Under the pieces are notes generated by a model. It did no database searches and was not told the origin of the DNA. It saw only the letters and a list, made by a program, of their open reading frames with translations. A DNA stretch of 32,000 nucleotides. Origin: Candidatus Saccharimonadota bacterium (GTDB lineage: Bacteria; Patescibacteriota; Saccharimonadia; Saccharimonadales; Saccharimonadaceae). The DNA lies in contig CP006915.1 of assembly GCA_000503915.1 (NCBI GenBank), positions 90,001-122,000 of the forward strand, in the 5' to 3' direction. The position numbers and the translations under genes were made by a program. This document shows, one piece after another, positions 1 to 7,250 of the stretch (positions are counted from its first letter, which is position 1; each line of letters opens with the position of its first letter).

Positions 1-2114
1 CCCTGATCTTCTTTTGAAGCAAAGATTAGTTTGCCGTTGTGACCATCAACGACCTTTTTTGCTAAGTACAGGCCGACACCGGTACCATCCGGTCGTTGCT
101 TGCGAGCATTGTCGGCGCGGAAAAATTTAGTGAAAAGTTTCTCCTGTTGAGCAACGGGTACGCCAATACCGTGGTCAACTACCGTTACCTTGACGCTTCC
201 CCGCCCGACCGTCAGTGTAATGACGATTGTCGTTCCTGACTTCGAATAGTAAATAGCGTTGTCAATAAAGTTCATCACTACCTGGCGTATCTTGCTCTCA
301 TCAAGGTTCAGTAGCACCGGCTCCGCTGGCAGAACAGCTTTCAACTTCAGCCCACGCACCTCAGCCACGCTTACCAGCGAATTTATTTCATCCCTAACCA
401 GGCCCCCCAGGTCACACTGCTTCTTTTCGATCAGGAATTTCCCAGTCTGAATACGCGAAACATTGAGAAAATCGTGGATGAGATGGACCATCCGCTCACT
501 TCCGTTGAACGCCTCACTCAAAAGGTGTCTTTGCATGTTGGTAATCTTACCGGCATCACCTTCAAGCACCATACTTAGGTAGCCTTTGATACTGGTAAGC
601 GGCGTCCGGAGCTGATGCGACGCCATGCTGAGGAATTCATCTTTCGTCGCATCAATACGCAGTAGCCGGGCATTAGAGGTACGTAGCTCTCTGGTTGCTT
701 CGCTGATACGCTGCTGGAGACTTTCGTTAATGTCTCTTACTTCCTGCACCGACAGCGCATTTTGTATACCGATTACCAGTTCGTCAGAAACCGTCGTAAG
801 AACACGGATATCGCGGTTAGTGAATCCGCCTCCTTGATGTTCGCCTAGCATTAAGTAGCCAAAGATTTTTGACTCTCGCATCAGCGGCATCAGCACAGCA
901 ACCTTGTGGCTGATCAGTAGCCGCCGTATGGTACGGTCTTGAAGCAGCTCGGTTACGATCACCTCACTACTACCGATTTCGTCGATATAGTCGTTTAGGC
1001 TGCGAATATCACTCACCGGTACTGTTTTATACGTTAGGGTTCCGGCTGACATATAGTGAGTATTACTGTACTGGACAAAGAAGGAGGCGTGTTCGGCCTT
1101 CAGAGTAGTGGCGACCTCTTTTGACACCCGCTGGAGCAAGCTGCGCAGATCGGTCGTGGTGGTCAACACCTCGCTTAATCGAGCGTAGAATTCATCAGTA
1201 TGATAGCGTCCTCGGTAAAATATTTTGTCGGTTACCCTATCAAAGAACCGCTTAACAGGCTGAAAGATAAATGCCAGCAGCAGCGCAAGCAGAATATTGA
1301 TAGGGCTTACACTGACCGACGAGTCAGCCGTGCTGTGGAATAATAAGGTCGATACGACATAGGCGAGAAAGTAGTAAATAACAGAGAGACTGGCCAATGC
1401 TAAGATATAGGTAACCGTGCGTACTGCCGCCAGGCGAATATCAAACAGCCCGTGTTTAACGATGGAGTAAGCAATGAGGCTCACTAGGATGATAGTTGCG
1501 AGCGGGCCAAACTGGGTCACCTGCCAGCCGACAGCCATGACTGGCAAAACCAGGTTTATGATAAGCCCGACAGGAGCACTTATTCCAAACGCCAACAGCA
1601 CCAGTACACTTTGACTCCTTTTTGTACCCGAATCACGACGGATGGTGCTAACGAGGTTTTTGACAAGTAATCCGACATTGGTAAGAAATGCCGCCATATA
1701 GAGCCATAGGAGCGGACCGATAGTAAATTCTAGGAGTCCGTCATGGCTTCTTCTTACTTCACCGCTCACCAGCGACGTCGCGGAAAGGAGCATGACGATA
1801 GCTGCCAGCAGATATACGAGAACAATCTCATAGGTATTCACTTTACGTTGCTTAGGAAAAACATACGTAAACAAAAGTCCGGCAAAGACGACACCGTACC
1901 CAGCTATAAAAGCGATGCGATTGGCTATGTCGTTGAGTACCAGGCTGTCACCGTTTGCATAGTTGGTGATGAAGTTGGAGAGAATCCATAACGCGATGGC
2001 GCCGCTCATAACACCAAATAGTTGCGACTTCCTCGAGGTGCGATCACGTAGGTAGATCAGTCCCCCCAGAAAACTATTGGTCACAAGTGTAATAATTACA
2101 ATCAGAACATCCAC
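1..2114 (-). CDS. sensor histidine kinase (multi-TM N-terminus, GAF-like region, HisKA + HATPase_c); C-terminus runs off the window
   Basis: Absent from the ORF track because it is open to position 1. My own minus-strand translation from GTG 2114 (in-frame TAA 12 nt upstream) gives about nine hydrophobic helices. It then gives an H-box SHQLRTPLTSIKGY, an N-box NFIDNAIYYS and G-boxes DHGIGV and GTGVGL. Confidence 0.85.
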   Translation of the reverse strand, partial: MDVLIVIITLVTNSFLGGLIYLRDRTSRKSQLFGVMSGAIALWILSNFITNYANGDSLVLNDIANRIAFIAGYGVVFAGLLFTYVFPKQRKVNTYEIVLVYLLAAIVMLLSATSLVSGEVRRSHDGLLEFTIGPLLWLYMAAFLTNVGLLVKNLVSTIRRDSGTKRSQSVLVLLAFGISAPVGLIINLVLPVMAVGWQVTQFGPLATIILVSLIAYSIVKHGLFDIRLAAVRTVTYILALASLSVIYYFLAYVVSTLLFHSTADSSVSVSPINILLALLLAFIFQPVKRFFDRVTDKIFYRGRYHTDEFYARLSEVLTTTTDLRSLLQRVSKEVATTLKAEHASFFVQYSNTHYMSAGTLTYKTVPVSDIRSLNDYIDEIGSSEVIVTELLQDRTIRRLLISHKVAVLMPLMRESKIFGYLMLGEHQGGGFTNRDIRVLTTVSDELVIGIQNALSVQEVRDINESLQQRISEATRELRTSNARLLRIDATKDEFLSMASHQLRTPLTSIKGYLSMVLEGDAGKITNMQRHLLSEAFNGSERMVHLIHDFLNVSRIQTGKFLIEKKQCDLGGLVRDEINSLVSVAEVRGLKLKAVLPAEPVLLNLDESKIRQVVMNFIDNAIYYSKSGTTIVITLTVGRGSVKVTVVDHGIGVPVAQQEKLFTKFFRADNARKQRPDGTGVGLYLAKKVVDGHNGKLIFASKEDQ

Positions 2115-2158
2115 GCTTTTATTTTAGCGTAAGCATAATAGTTTTTATAGGTTATTAT

Positions 2159-2953
2159 CTAAAACTGCAGCGTGTTGTCTTCGGTTCCCTTAACAAGCCT
2201 CTTCAGTGCCTTACGTGCCAATAAGCCTCGAGGAGTTCGCATTTTTTGGCTCATTTTCTTATAGAATTCGGGTACGTATCCATATACCGCTTGGCTACGG
2301 TCGGAACCGAGGTATTTGAAGGGCTGTGTGCCAGCGAGTGGCTTGAACGGAATTCCCAGGTATCCCGTGAGTTTACCAAGAGGCTTTAGATCAACAATTG
2401 AAATGAAATGATCAATCTTGTTCTCTAATGCAGAAAGATACATTGCCCTATATAGCTGTACACTAACCGCACCTTCGCCACTGCGGTACTCTGGTGGAAC
2501 CGCTACGGTACCGACATCCCACACCCTACTTAAGTCATCGATGTCATGATAGCCCATTACTACTTCTTTCGAAATGCCAATCGTAGATTCCTCTTGCAGA
2601 TCATGGAGTGTCTTGAGTCCAGCAGGTCCGTTTTGAATTATTCGAAGCACGCCTGACGGAGCTTCTTTAGTAGCATCAAATGAGATGAAAAACATACTCT
2701 GATCTTCATAGGCAGAGTACTCCTTATCCATTTCTGCTGCATTATTCTTAAATGTTTGCTCTAAAACTAGACGCTCCACACCCCGCCCAATATCAGAAAA
2801 AGGCTCTTTACCTTCAAGTCTATAGCAAACAAAACGATCTGAAGTTTTTGGCGGATTTTCCTGCAGTAATTGATGGGTAAGGTTCACAACTTCGTCATGT
2901 GTAATCTCATACGGATTATCATGAAGTGGCCGCGGGTCATTGTCTATCGACAT
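2159..2953 (-). CDS. hypothetical protein with weak GNAT/N-acyltransferase-like features
   Basis: The ORF 2159..3142 overlaps the upstream gene. The internal ATG at 2953 (MSIDNDPRPL...) sits 1 nt after that gene's stop (TAA 2955-2957). The segment VWDVGTVAVPPEYRSGEGAVSVQLYRAMYLSA resembles an acyl-CoA N-acyltransferase core. Confidence 0.6.
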   Translation of the reverse strand: MSIDNDPRPLHDNPYEITHDEVVNLTHQLLQENPPKTSDRFVCYRLEGKEPFSDIGRGVERLVLEQTFKNNAAEMDKEYSAYEDQSMFFISFDATKEAPSGVLRIIQNGPAGLKTLHDLQEESTIGISKEVVMGYHDIDDLSRVWDVGTVAVPPEYRSGEGAVSVQLYRAMYLSALENKIDHFISIVDLKPLGKLTGYLGIPFKPLAGTQPFKYLGSDRSQAVYGYVPEFYKKMSQKMRTPRGLLARKALKRLVKGTEDNTLQF

Positions 2954-2954
2954 A

Positions 2955-3296
2955 TTAGAATTCTCTAGATTCAAGCTCGGTAGTATTGAAAAATTCCTGT
3001 GTGTACCGAAGCGCAGTACTTGGTTCGAACGCTTTACAAGTGTAGATATCGACGCTAAAGAAAAGGCGCGGCTTGTCCCAGGCATAGAAGTGAGCACCGG
3101 AATTCTCCCAGTGTATCCACCCCGCCCAGCCATACTGATCACTTTGGTGGGTGACAGGAGAAAGCAGTTCTGTCATATCGAGTACGGCCGAGAGTCCGCT
3201 CAAGTACTCCTGTATATCCGTATCGGTTACGGGGCGTACTGGATAGCCTTCGATGACGAAGCGTTGTCGATAGATGTCAGGCGCGAGGTCTTTCAT
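2955..3296 (-). CDS. S-adenosylmethionine decarboxylase-fold (SpeH-like) small protein, atypical processing motif
   Basis: 113 aa. GWAGWIHWENSGAHFYAWDKPRLFFSVDIYTCKAF lines up with the SpeH pattern GvSGvvvisESHltiHTWPE...DlFTCG. ENSG replaces the ES-H self-cleavage site. Confidence 0.5.
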   Translation of the reverse strand: MKDLAPDIYRQRFVIEGYPVRPVTDTDIQEYLSGLSAVLDMTELLSPVTHQSDQYGWAGWIHWENSGAHFYAWDKPRLFFSVDIYTCKAFEPSTALRYTQEFFNTTELESREF

Positions 3297-3397
3297 TTTG
3301 TTGCATCTTTAAAATATATTGGTTTGATGATCGCTAATGGATTACTTACATTGTACCACATTTGTCCGGACACCGGTGGATACTGTATGATAAGAGT

Positions 3398-3769
3398 ATG
3401 ACTAAGATTGCTATCATCGAAGACGACCAGACCATTAGCCAGATGTATCGAATGAAGTTTGAAGCGAACGGCTACGAGGTTGCGCTGGCCGATAATGGCG
3501 AACGTGCCGTCGCCCTGGTAGAGAGCTTCCAGCCCGATATTATGCTCCTCGACCTCCAGATGCCAGAGATGGATGGGACCGAAGCGCTGACGGAAATCCG
3601 CAAACATGATTGGGGTAAAGATATCCCGGTCATTATTCTGACGAATATGGGCGAAGAAGAATCACCAAAAGAGCTTAAGAAACTTGGAATCAAGAACTAT
3701 ATCGTCAAAGCTGACCTGACGCCCAGCCAAGTCGTCGAACGCGTGAAATCGACACTAGAGCATCAGTGA
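3398..3769 (+). CDS. single-domain response regulator (CheY-like receiver only)
   Basis: MTKIAIIEDD...DIMLLDLQMPEMDG...ILTNMG...VKADL are receiver-domain motifs, and there is no output domain. ATG 3398 is preferred over TTG 3362 because it restores a canonical N-terminus. Confidence 0.85.
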   Translation: MTKIAIIEDDQTISQMYRMKFEANGYEVALADNGERAVALVESFQPDIMLLDLQMPEMDGTEALTEIRKHDWGKDIPVIILTNMGEEESPKELKKLGIKNYIVKADLTPSQVVERVKSTLEHQ

Positions 3770-3881
3770 GGCAGCACTGAGAAATAGCTACGAGACAGAC
3801 TAAAGGCGAAACGCAAGATGTGGTACAATCTTTTGACCACATCGAAAGTGGTCTGTCGAATAGCTATTTTTCAGTGCTGCC
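3770..3881 (+). ncRNA. unassigned structured RNA-like element, copy 1 (21-bp outer helix around a conserved 69-nt core, 3792-3860)
   Basis: GGCAGCACTGAGAAATAGCTA pairs with TAGCTATTTTTCAGTGCTGCC. The core has GACAGAC/GTCTGTC and GATGTGGT/ACCACATC helices. It starts 1 nt after the regulator stop, and its 3' arm overlaps the last 6 codons of folD. A second copy is at 17995-18097. Confidence 0.55.
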
Positions 3882-4688
3882 GAATTTTACGCGCTGATAG
3901 GCGGCGCGAATCACATTTTCAAACAATGCCACGACCGTCAGCGGTCCGACGCCACCCTTTTCTGGCGTAATGGTCACATCGCTGCGCTCACGAACCTCAT
4001 CGGCTACATCACCGATAATCTTGCCGTGTTCGGCCGACGTCGCCGCGTCAATCACTACCGCGCCCGGCTGAACCGAAGCGGAGGTAATCAGTGCTGGTAC
4101 ACCGGCTGCCGAGACGATCACCGGATAGCGCCGGAGTTGCGCAGTCATATTTTTGCTATGTTCGTCGAAGACCGTCACATTGTAGCCGGCAGCTTGCCAT
4201 AGCTTAGCAAGTGGCGCACCAACCAGCCGGCCATTGCCGACAATCGCGATGTGTTTGCCCTGTAACGCTACATTATATCCGTTTACTAGCCAGTCGATCG
4301 CCATCGGCGTGGCCGGAGTAAAATCTGAACCCTTCGACAAACCATCAACGTCTTTACTGCCCGCTACCATATTGACCGCCTCTTCAGTCTGCGATTCGTC
4401 CGCCAGCGGCAACTGGATGATGATGCCATGTACCGACTCGTCGTCATCGAGTAAGTTAATCGTTTGAAAAAGCTGATCCGAACTCACGCGGTGCAAGTCG
4501 ACTTCGACTAAAAGATCGGCCCCATAGCGCTGCTTCATTCGAACATAGGTATCAATAACCGGATCGTCGACTGTCTGGATAATCGCTAAGCGAGGCACGA
4601 TATCGTGCGCCTGACGCAGGTTGCGCACCTGACGCGCTTGCCGCTCCTTAATATAGTCCGCTAGTTCGGTACCGCTCAGTAATTTCAT
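3864..4688 (-). CDS. folD: bifunctional methylenetetrahydrofolate dehydrogenase/cyclohydrolase
   Basis: 274 aa with FolD-typical length and motifs (RVSSDQL..., IIIQLPLA, VVGNGRLVGAPLA, TPEKGGVGPLTVVALFENV). Confidence 0.9.
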   Translation of the reverse strand: MKLLSGTELADYIKERQARQVRNLRQAHDIVPRLAIIQTVDDPVIDTYVRMKQRYGADLLVEVDLHRVSSDQLFQTINLLDDDESVHGIIIQLPLADESQTEEAVNMVAGSKDVDGLSKGSDFTPATPMAIDWLVNGYNVALQGKHIAIVGNGRLVGAPLAKLWQAAGYNVTVFDEHSKNMTAQLRRYPVIVSAAGVPALITSASVQPGAVVIDAATSAEHGKIIGDVADEVRERSDVTITPEKGGVGPLTVVALFENVIRAAYQRVKFGSTEK

Positions 4689-4748
4689 CTCTTCTTATTG
4701 TACCAAATGACTGTGCTACAATAATAAAAACTAAGGGAAGAAGGTGTT

Positions 4749-5216
4749 ATGTACGATTACAACTATAGTTACGGCTATCCATCAACAAATACGGGAAATA
4801 ATGAGATGACGGCTGCGGTTGTCCTGATGATATTCCTGGTCATCTTCCTTACCTTGATTGTCGCATACGCTGTCACGTCATTCTTCCTTGGCAAGATCTT
4901 CAAGAAAGCCGGCCAACCTGCCTGGGCAGCCTGGGTACCGATTTACAACAACTGGAAATTACTCGAGATGGGCGGTCAGCACGGCTTCTGGGCGATTCTC
5001 GCCTTCGTGCCATTCGTCAATATCGCCGCCATTATCTTCCAGTACATCGCCATGTACCACATCGGCTTGAAATTCGGTAAGGAAGGTGTTTTTGTACTGC
5101 TCGCTATCTTCCTGCCAATCGTCTGGATCATTTGGCTGGCGGTTGATAAAACTGCCGTTTGGCAAGGCGCTCCAACTCAGGCCGCAGCCGCGCCACCAAA
5201 AACAACGACCCAGTAA
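4749..5216 (+). CDS. small membrane protein (DUF5684-like)
   Basis: SD GGGAAGAAGG lies upstream. KAGQPAWAAWVPIYNNWKLLEMGG...FVPFVNI is the pattern I associate with DUF5684. There are 3-4 hydrophobic helices. Confidence 0.7.
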   Translation: MYDYNYSYGYPSTNTGNNEMTAAVVLMIFLVIFLTLIVAYAVTSFFLGKIFKKAGQPAWAAWVPIYNNWKLLEMGGQHGFWAILAFVPFVNIAAIIFQYIAMYHIGLKFGKEGVFVLLAIFLPIVWIIWLAVDKTAVWQGAPTQAAAAPPKTTTQ

Positions 5217-6417
5217 TAATCAAATAGCTCGGCTTTTGCTCCAGTGCATACTGCAGCGCCGTAAAAGCATCCGGATGCGCGTCGCTATGGATACCGTAGT
5301 GGCGCGCTCTTTCTGCTACATTACTACTTACGAAGGATTGCCGAGCTTTAAAATCTTGTCCTACCTGAAAATCAGTCCATACGATTTTTTCCGCTGCCAC
5401 CGCGAGTACTTTTAGGCTATCTTCCAGTTTTTGATTGGGAGCCTCGGCCATCGCCATGAGCCAAACCGCATCTTTCGCAGCTGCAGGCAGTGAGTCGATC
5501 AACGCTTGTAACTTCTGCGGATTATGTGCGCCGTCAAGAATGATAGTGGTCACACCGGCCTTATACCGTTCAAAGCGCCCCGGCGGCATTGACCGAGAGG
5601 CTTCCCATTCCTTATCATGAGTAAGCTCTGCTAAATCATCCCGCCGCTGGACATAGCCGAAGACGGCACACGCCAAATGCCAGTTCTGATACTGAAATTC
5701 TGGTAAGCGTAGTCCTGCATCCTTAGGTTCGCTATTGATAAACTCAAGCGAGGCCAATTGTTGGCGGCAAGCTTTTTGAAACAGGGCAGCTGCATCCGGT
5801 GCCTGCCTTGCACTAAACACAACATTCTGCAGCTGGATAATCCCCGCCTTCTGTTCAGCGATCTGTGTAATACTGCCGCCAAGTACATTCGTGTGATCGA
5901 GCCCAATCGGTGTCAGCGCGCAGACTTTATCCTGTCTCGTTACCACATTGGTCGCATCGAGTAATCCGCCCAGCCCCGTTTCAACCACCGCATAACCTAC
6001 CTTTTCCCGACGAAAAACCCAGTAGGCAAAGGCGATCATTAGTTCAAAATAGGTTGGTTTCAACTGCGGCCAGTTTTCGAGCAGCAAAAAGAACTCCTGT
6101 AGGTACGTGACAAATACCGCGTCCGGTAGTGGCCGCCCGCCTATCTGGACGCGCTCGGTGATCGACGTGATATGAGGCGAGACCGTCAGCCCGGTTTTTT
6201 GCCCTGTCTCTTCAAGGAGCGCTCTGACAAAGTATGCCGTGCTTGTTTTGCCGGAGGTACCGGCGATATGTATTACCTTTAACTCGTTCTGCGGATTACC
6301 TAGCTTAGCCATCAGCTGCCGCATACGCCCCAATGTGTAGGTTGCTCCGTCTGGTTTTAATGGCGAGTAGCCGAGTAGGTAATTTTCCGCTTGTTGAAGT
6401 GTCTCAAACTTATGCAT
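5128..6417 (-). CDS. folC: folylpolyglutamate synthase / dihydrofolate synthase (Mur ligase family)
   Basis: 429 aa with P-loop HIAGTSGKTSTAYF, Mur-ligase middle region (LDHTNVLG) and DGAHNP motif. Confidence 0.85.
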   Translation of the reverse strand: MHKFETLQQAENYLLGYSPLKPDGATYTLGRMRQLMAKLGNPQNELKVIHIAGTSGKTSTAYFVRALLEETGQKTGLTVSPHITSITERVQIGGRPLPDAVFVTYLQEFFLLLENWPQLKPTYFELMIAFAYWVFRREKVGYAVVETGLGGLLDATNVVTRQDKVCALTPIGLDHTNVLGGSITQIAEQKAGIIQLQNVVFSARQAPDAAALFQKACRQQLASLEFINSEPKDAGLRLPEFQYQNWHLACAVFGYVQRRDDLAELTHDKEWEASRSMPPGRFERYKAGVTTIILDGAHNPQKLQALIDSLPAAAKDAVWLMAMAEAPNQKLEDSLKVLAVAAEKIVWTDFQVGQDFKARQSFVSSNVAERARHYGIHSDAHPDAFTALQYALEQKPSYLIITGSLFLVARLRPELERLAKRQFYQPPAK

Positions 6418-6526
6418 TACTTTCTATCTTACCGAACGTAGCGAAGAAGTAGAACCATAAACAGCACTATAACTCTCAGAGTATTCTCAGACTATAGTGG
6501 CATACTTATATATGAGGAGGTGGTTT

Positions 6527-6688
6527 ATGGCAAAGTACGGCAAGAAAGCCCAGGAAGAAGTCGGCAAAACCATGCACGAGCATAAACATGAAGGCAAGTA
6601 TACGAGCAAAGAGCAAGCGATTGCCGTCGGTCTAGACAAAGCTCGCCGTCAAGGCAGTAAAGCACCTAAAAAGAAATCGGATAGCTAA
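6527..6688 (+). CDS. small conserved basic protein (MAKYGKKAQEEVGKTMHEHKHEGK... family)
   Basis: Strong SD GAGGAGG (6514-6520) lies 6 nt before ATG 6527. The upstream extension to 6497 lacks an RBS. Confidence 0.65.
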   Translation: MAKYGKKAQEEVGKTMHEHKHEGKYTSKEQAIAVGLDKARRQGSKAPKKKSDS

Positions 6689-6699
6689 AGGAGGAAGCC

Positions 6700-6855
6700 A
6701 TGGCAGATTCACCAGATGAATTAGAGGAGGAAGCAAAAGCCCTACAGGAAGAGGCTGACGAGAAAAGAGAAAAGCTCGCTGAAGCAGAAGAGAAAGAGCA
6801 AGAAGCCGAAAACTTGAAGGAAGAAGCCGAAGGACGCGGCGGCGGTTTGATCTAG
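6700..6855 (+). CDS. 51-aa highly acidic, probably helical small protein
   Basis: Below the ORF-track size cutoff. AAGGAGGAA lies 5 nt upstream of ATG 6700. It translates to MADSPDELEEEAKALQEEADEKREKLAEAEEKEQEAENLKEEAEGRGGGLI and ends at TAG 6853-6855. Confidence 0.55.
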   Translation: MADSPDELEEEAKALQEEADEKREKLAEAEEKEQEAENLKEEAEGRGGGLI

Positions 6856-6878
6856 GTTATTAACCAGCGGTACTGAAG

Positions 6879-6908
6879 AATATCGAGGCTTGTTGTCTCG
6901 GTATTTTT
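6879..6908 (+). terminator. rho-independent terminator for the 6527-6855 pair
   Basis: AATATCGAG / CTCGGTATT 9-bp stem (one G-U), 9-nt loop, then TTT. Confidence 0.55.
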
Positions 6909-6931
6909 CATAGAATCGGTAGATAAATCAA

Positions 6932-6953
6932 ATGGAGGGCCAGGAGGGGCTTG
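6932..6953. repeat. 22-bp direct repeat, copy 1 (ATGGAGGGCCAGGAGGGGCTTG)
   Basis: Identical to 7124-7145, which covers the 3' end of the tRNA-Lys-like gene. Confidence 0.9.
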
Positions 6954-7094
6954 GTCACATTCTGCGACCCCGCGAGTTCACGACTGACGATCAATCGTCA
7001 TCGGAACATCGCTCTCAAAGTGCCGCCGGCACTTTTCGCCCTCGACATCGCCTTCTCAGGCGACCTGTCGAGGATTCAAGCCCGCTCAACCATG

Positions 7095-7122
7095 AAAAAA
7101 CCGCCCAAATGGACGGTCTTTT
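7095..7122. terminator. bidirectional hairpin terminator downstream of tRNA-Lys
   Basis: AAAAAACCGCCCAAATGGACGGTCTTTT: an imperfect ACCGCCC/GGACGGT stem flanked by an A-run and a T-run. Confidence 0.55.
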
Positions 7123-7123
7123 C

Positions 7124-7145
7124 ATGGAGGGCCAGGAGGGGCTTG
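7124..7145. repeat. 22-bp direct repeat, copy 2
   Basis: Identical to 6932-6953. Confidence 0.9.
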
Positions 7146-7201
7146 AACCCAGGACACCCTGCTTAAGAGGCAGGTGCTCTAACCAGCTGAGCTATGGACC
7201 C
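7125..7201 (-). tRNA. tRNA-Lys(CUU)-like gene with mispaired T and acceptor stems
   Basis: Reverse complement reads GGGTCCA TA GCTC AGCTGGTTA GAGC A CCTGC CTCTTAA GCAGG GTGTC CTGGG TTCAAGC CCCTC CTGGCCC T CCA. The D and anticodon arms are perfect. The T stem pairs only 3/5 and the acceptor only 5/7. Confidence 0.6.
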
Positions 7202-7250
7202 ACGTTGATCTGCTGACCCTAGAGACTATATCAAACAGAGGCGGATCTGT

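Noticed and set aside
3293-3607. 104-aa minus-strand ORF, and other antisense or nested ORFs (for example 15100-15621, 15900-16265, 16526-16963, 26342-26803, 9117-9431, 19262-19696).
   Set aside because: Each lies entirely within or opposite a well-supported conserved gene (receiver regulator, glyA, murA, DEAD helicase, murB, SGNH). They have low-complexity or Arg/Ser-rich translations typical of shadow ORFs.
3792-3860. Hammerhead or another known small self-cleaving ribozyme, SRP RNA, or 6S RNA.
   Set aside because: CGAAAC and GTC are present, but there is no CUGANGA box on either strand in the required arrangement. There is no SRP domain IV motif (GGAA/AGCA). At about 110 nt it is too short for 6S RNA. 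I could not match it to twister or pistol consensus from memory, so only a database search can settle this.
6932-7124. tmRNA (ssrA), because of a tRNA-like 3' end ...CCTGGCCCTCCA and a structured ~190-nt upstream region.
   Set aside because: The region is too short. It has no GGGG...acceptor partner, no T-arm (GGGGTCGCAGAATGTGACCAAGCCCC is not a T-arm), and no plausible resume codon or tag ORF.
6932-7216. Plus-strand ORFs of 94 and 71 aa.
   Set aside because: They run across the tRNA-Lys gene, its terminator and the hairpin-rich spacer. They have no RBS and their composition is biased.
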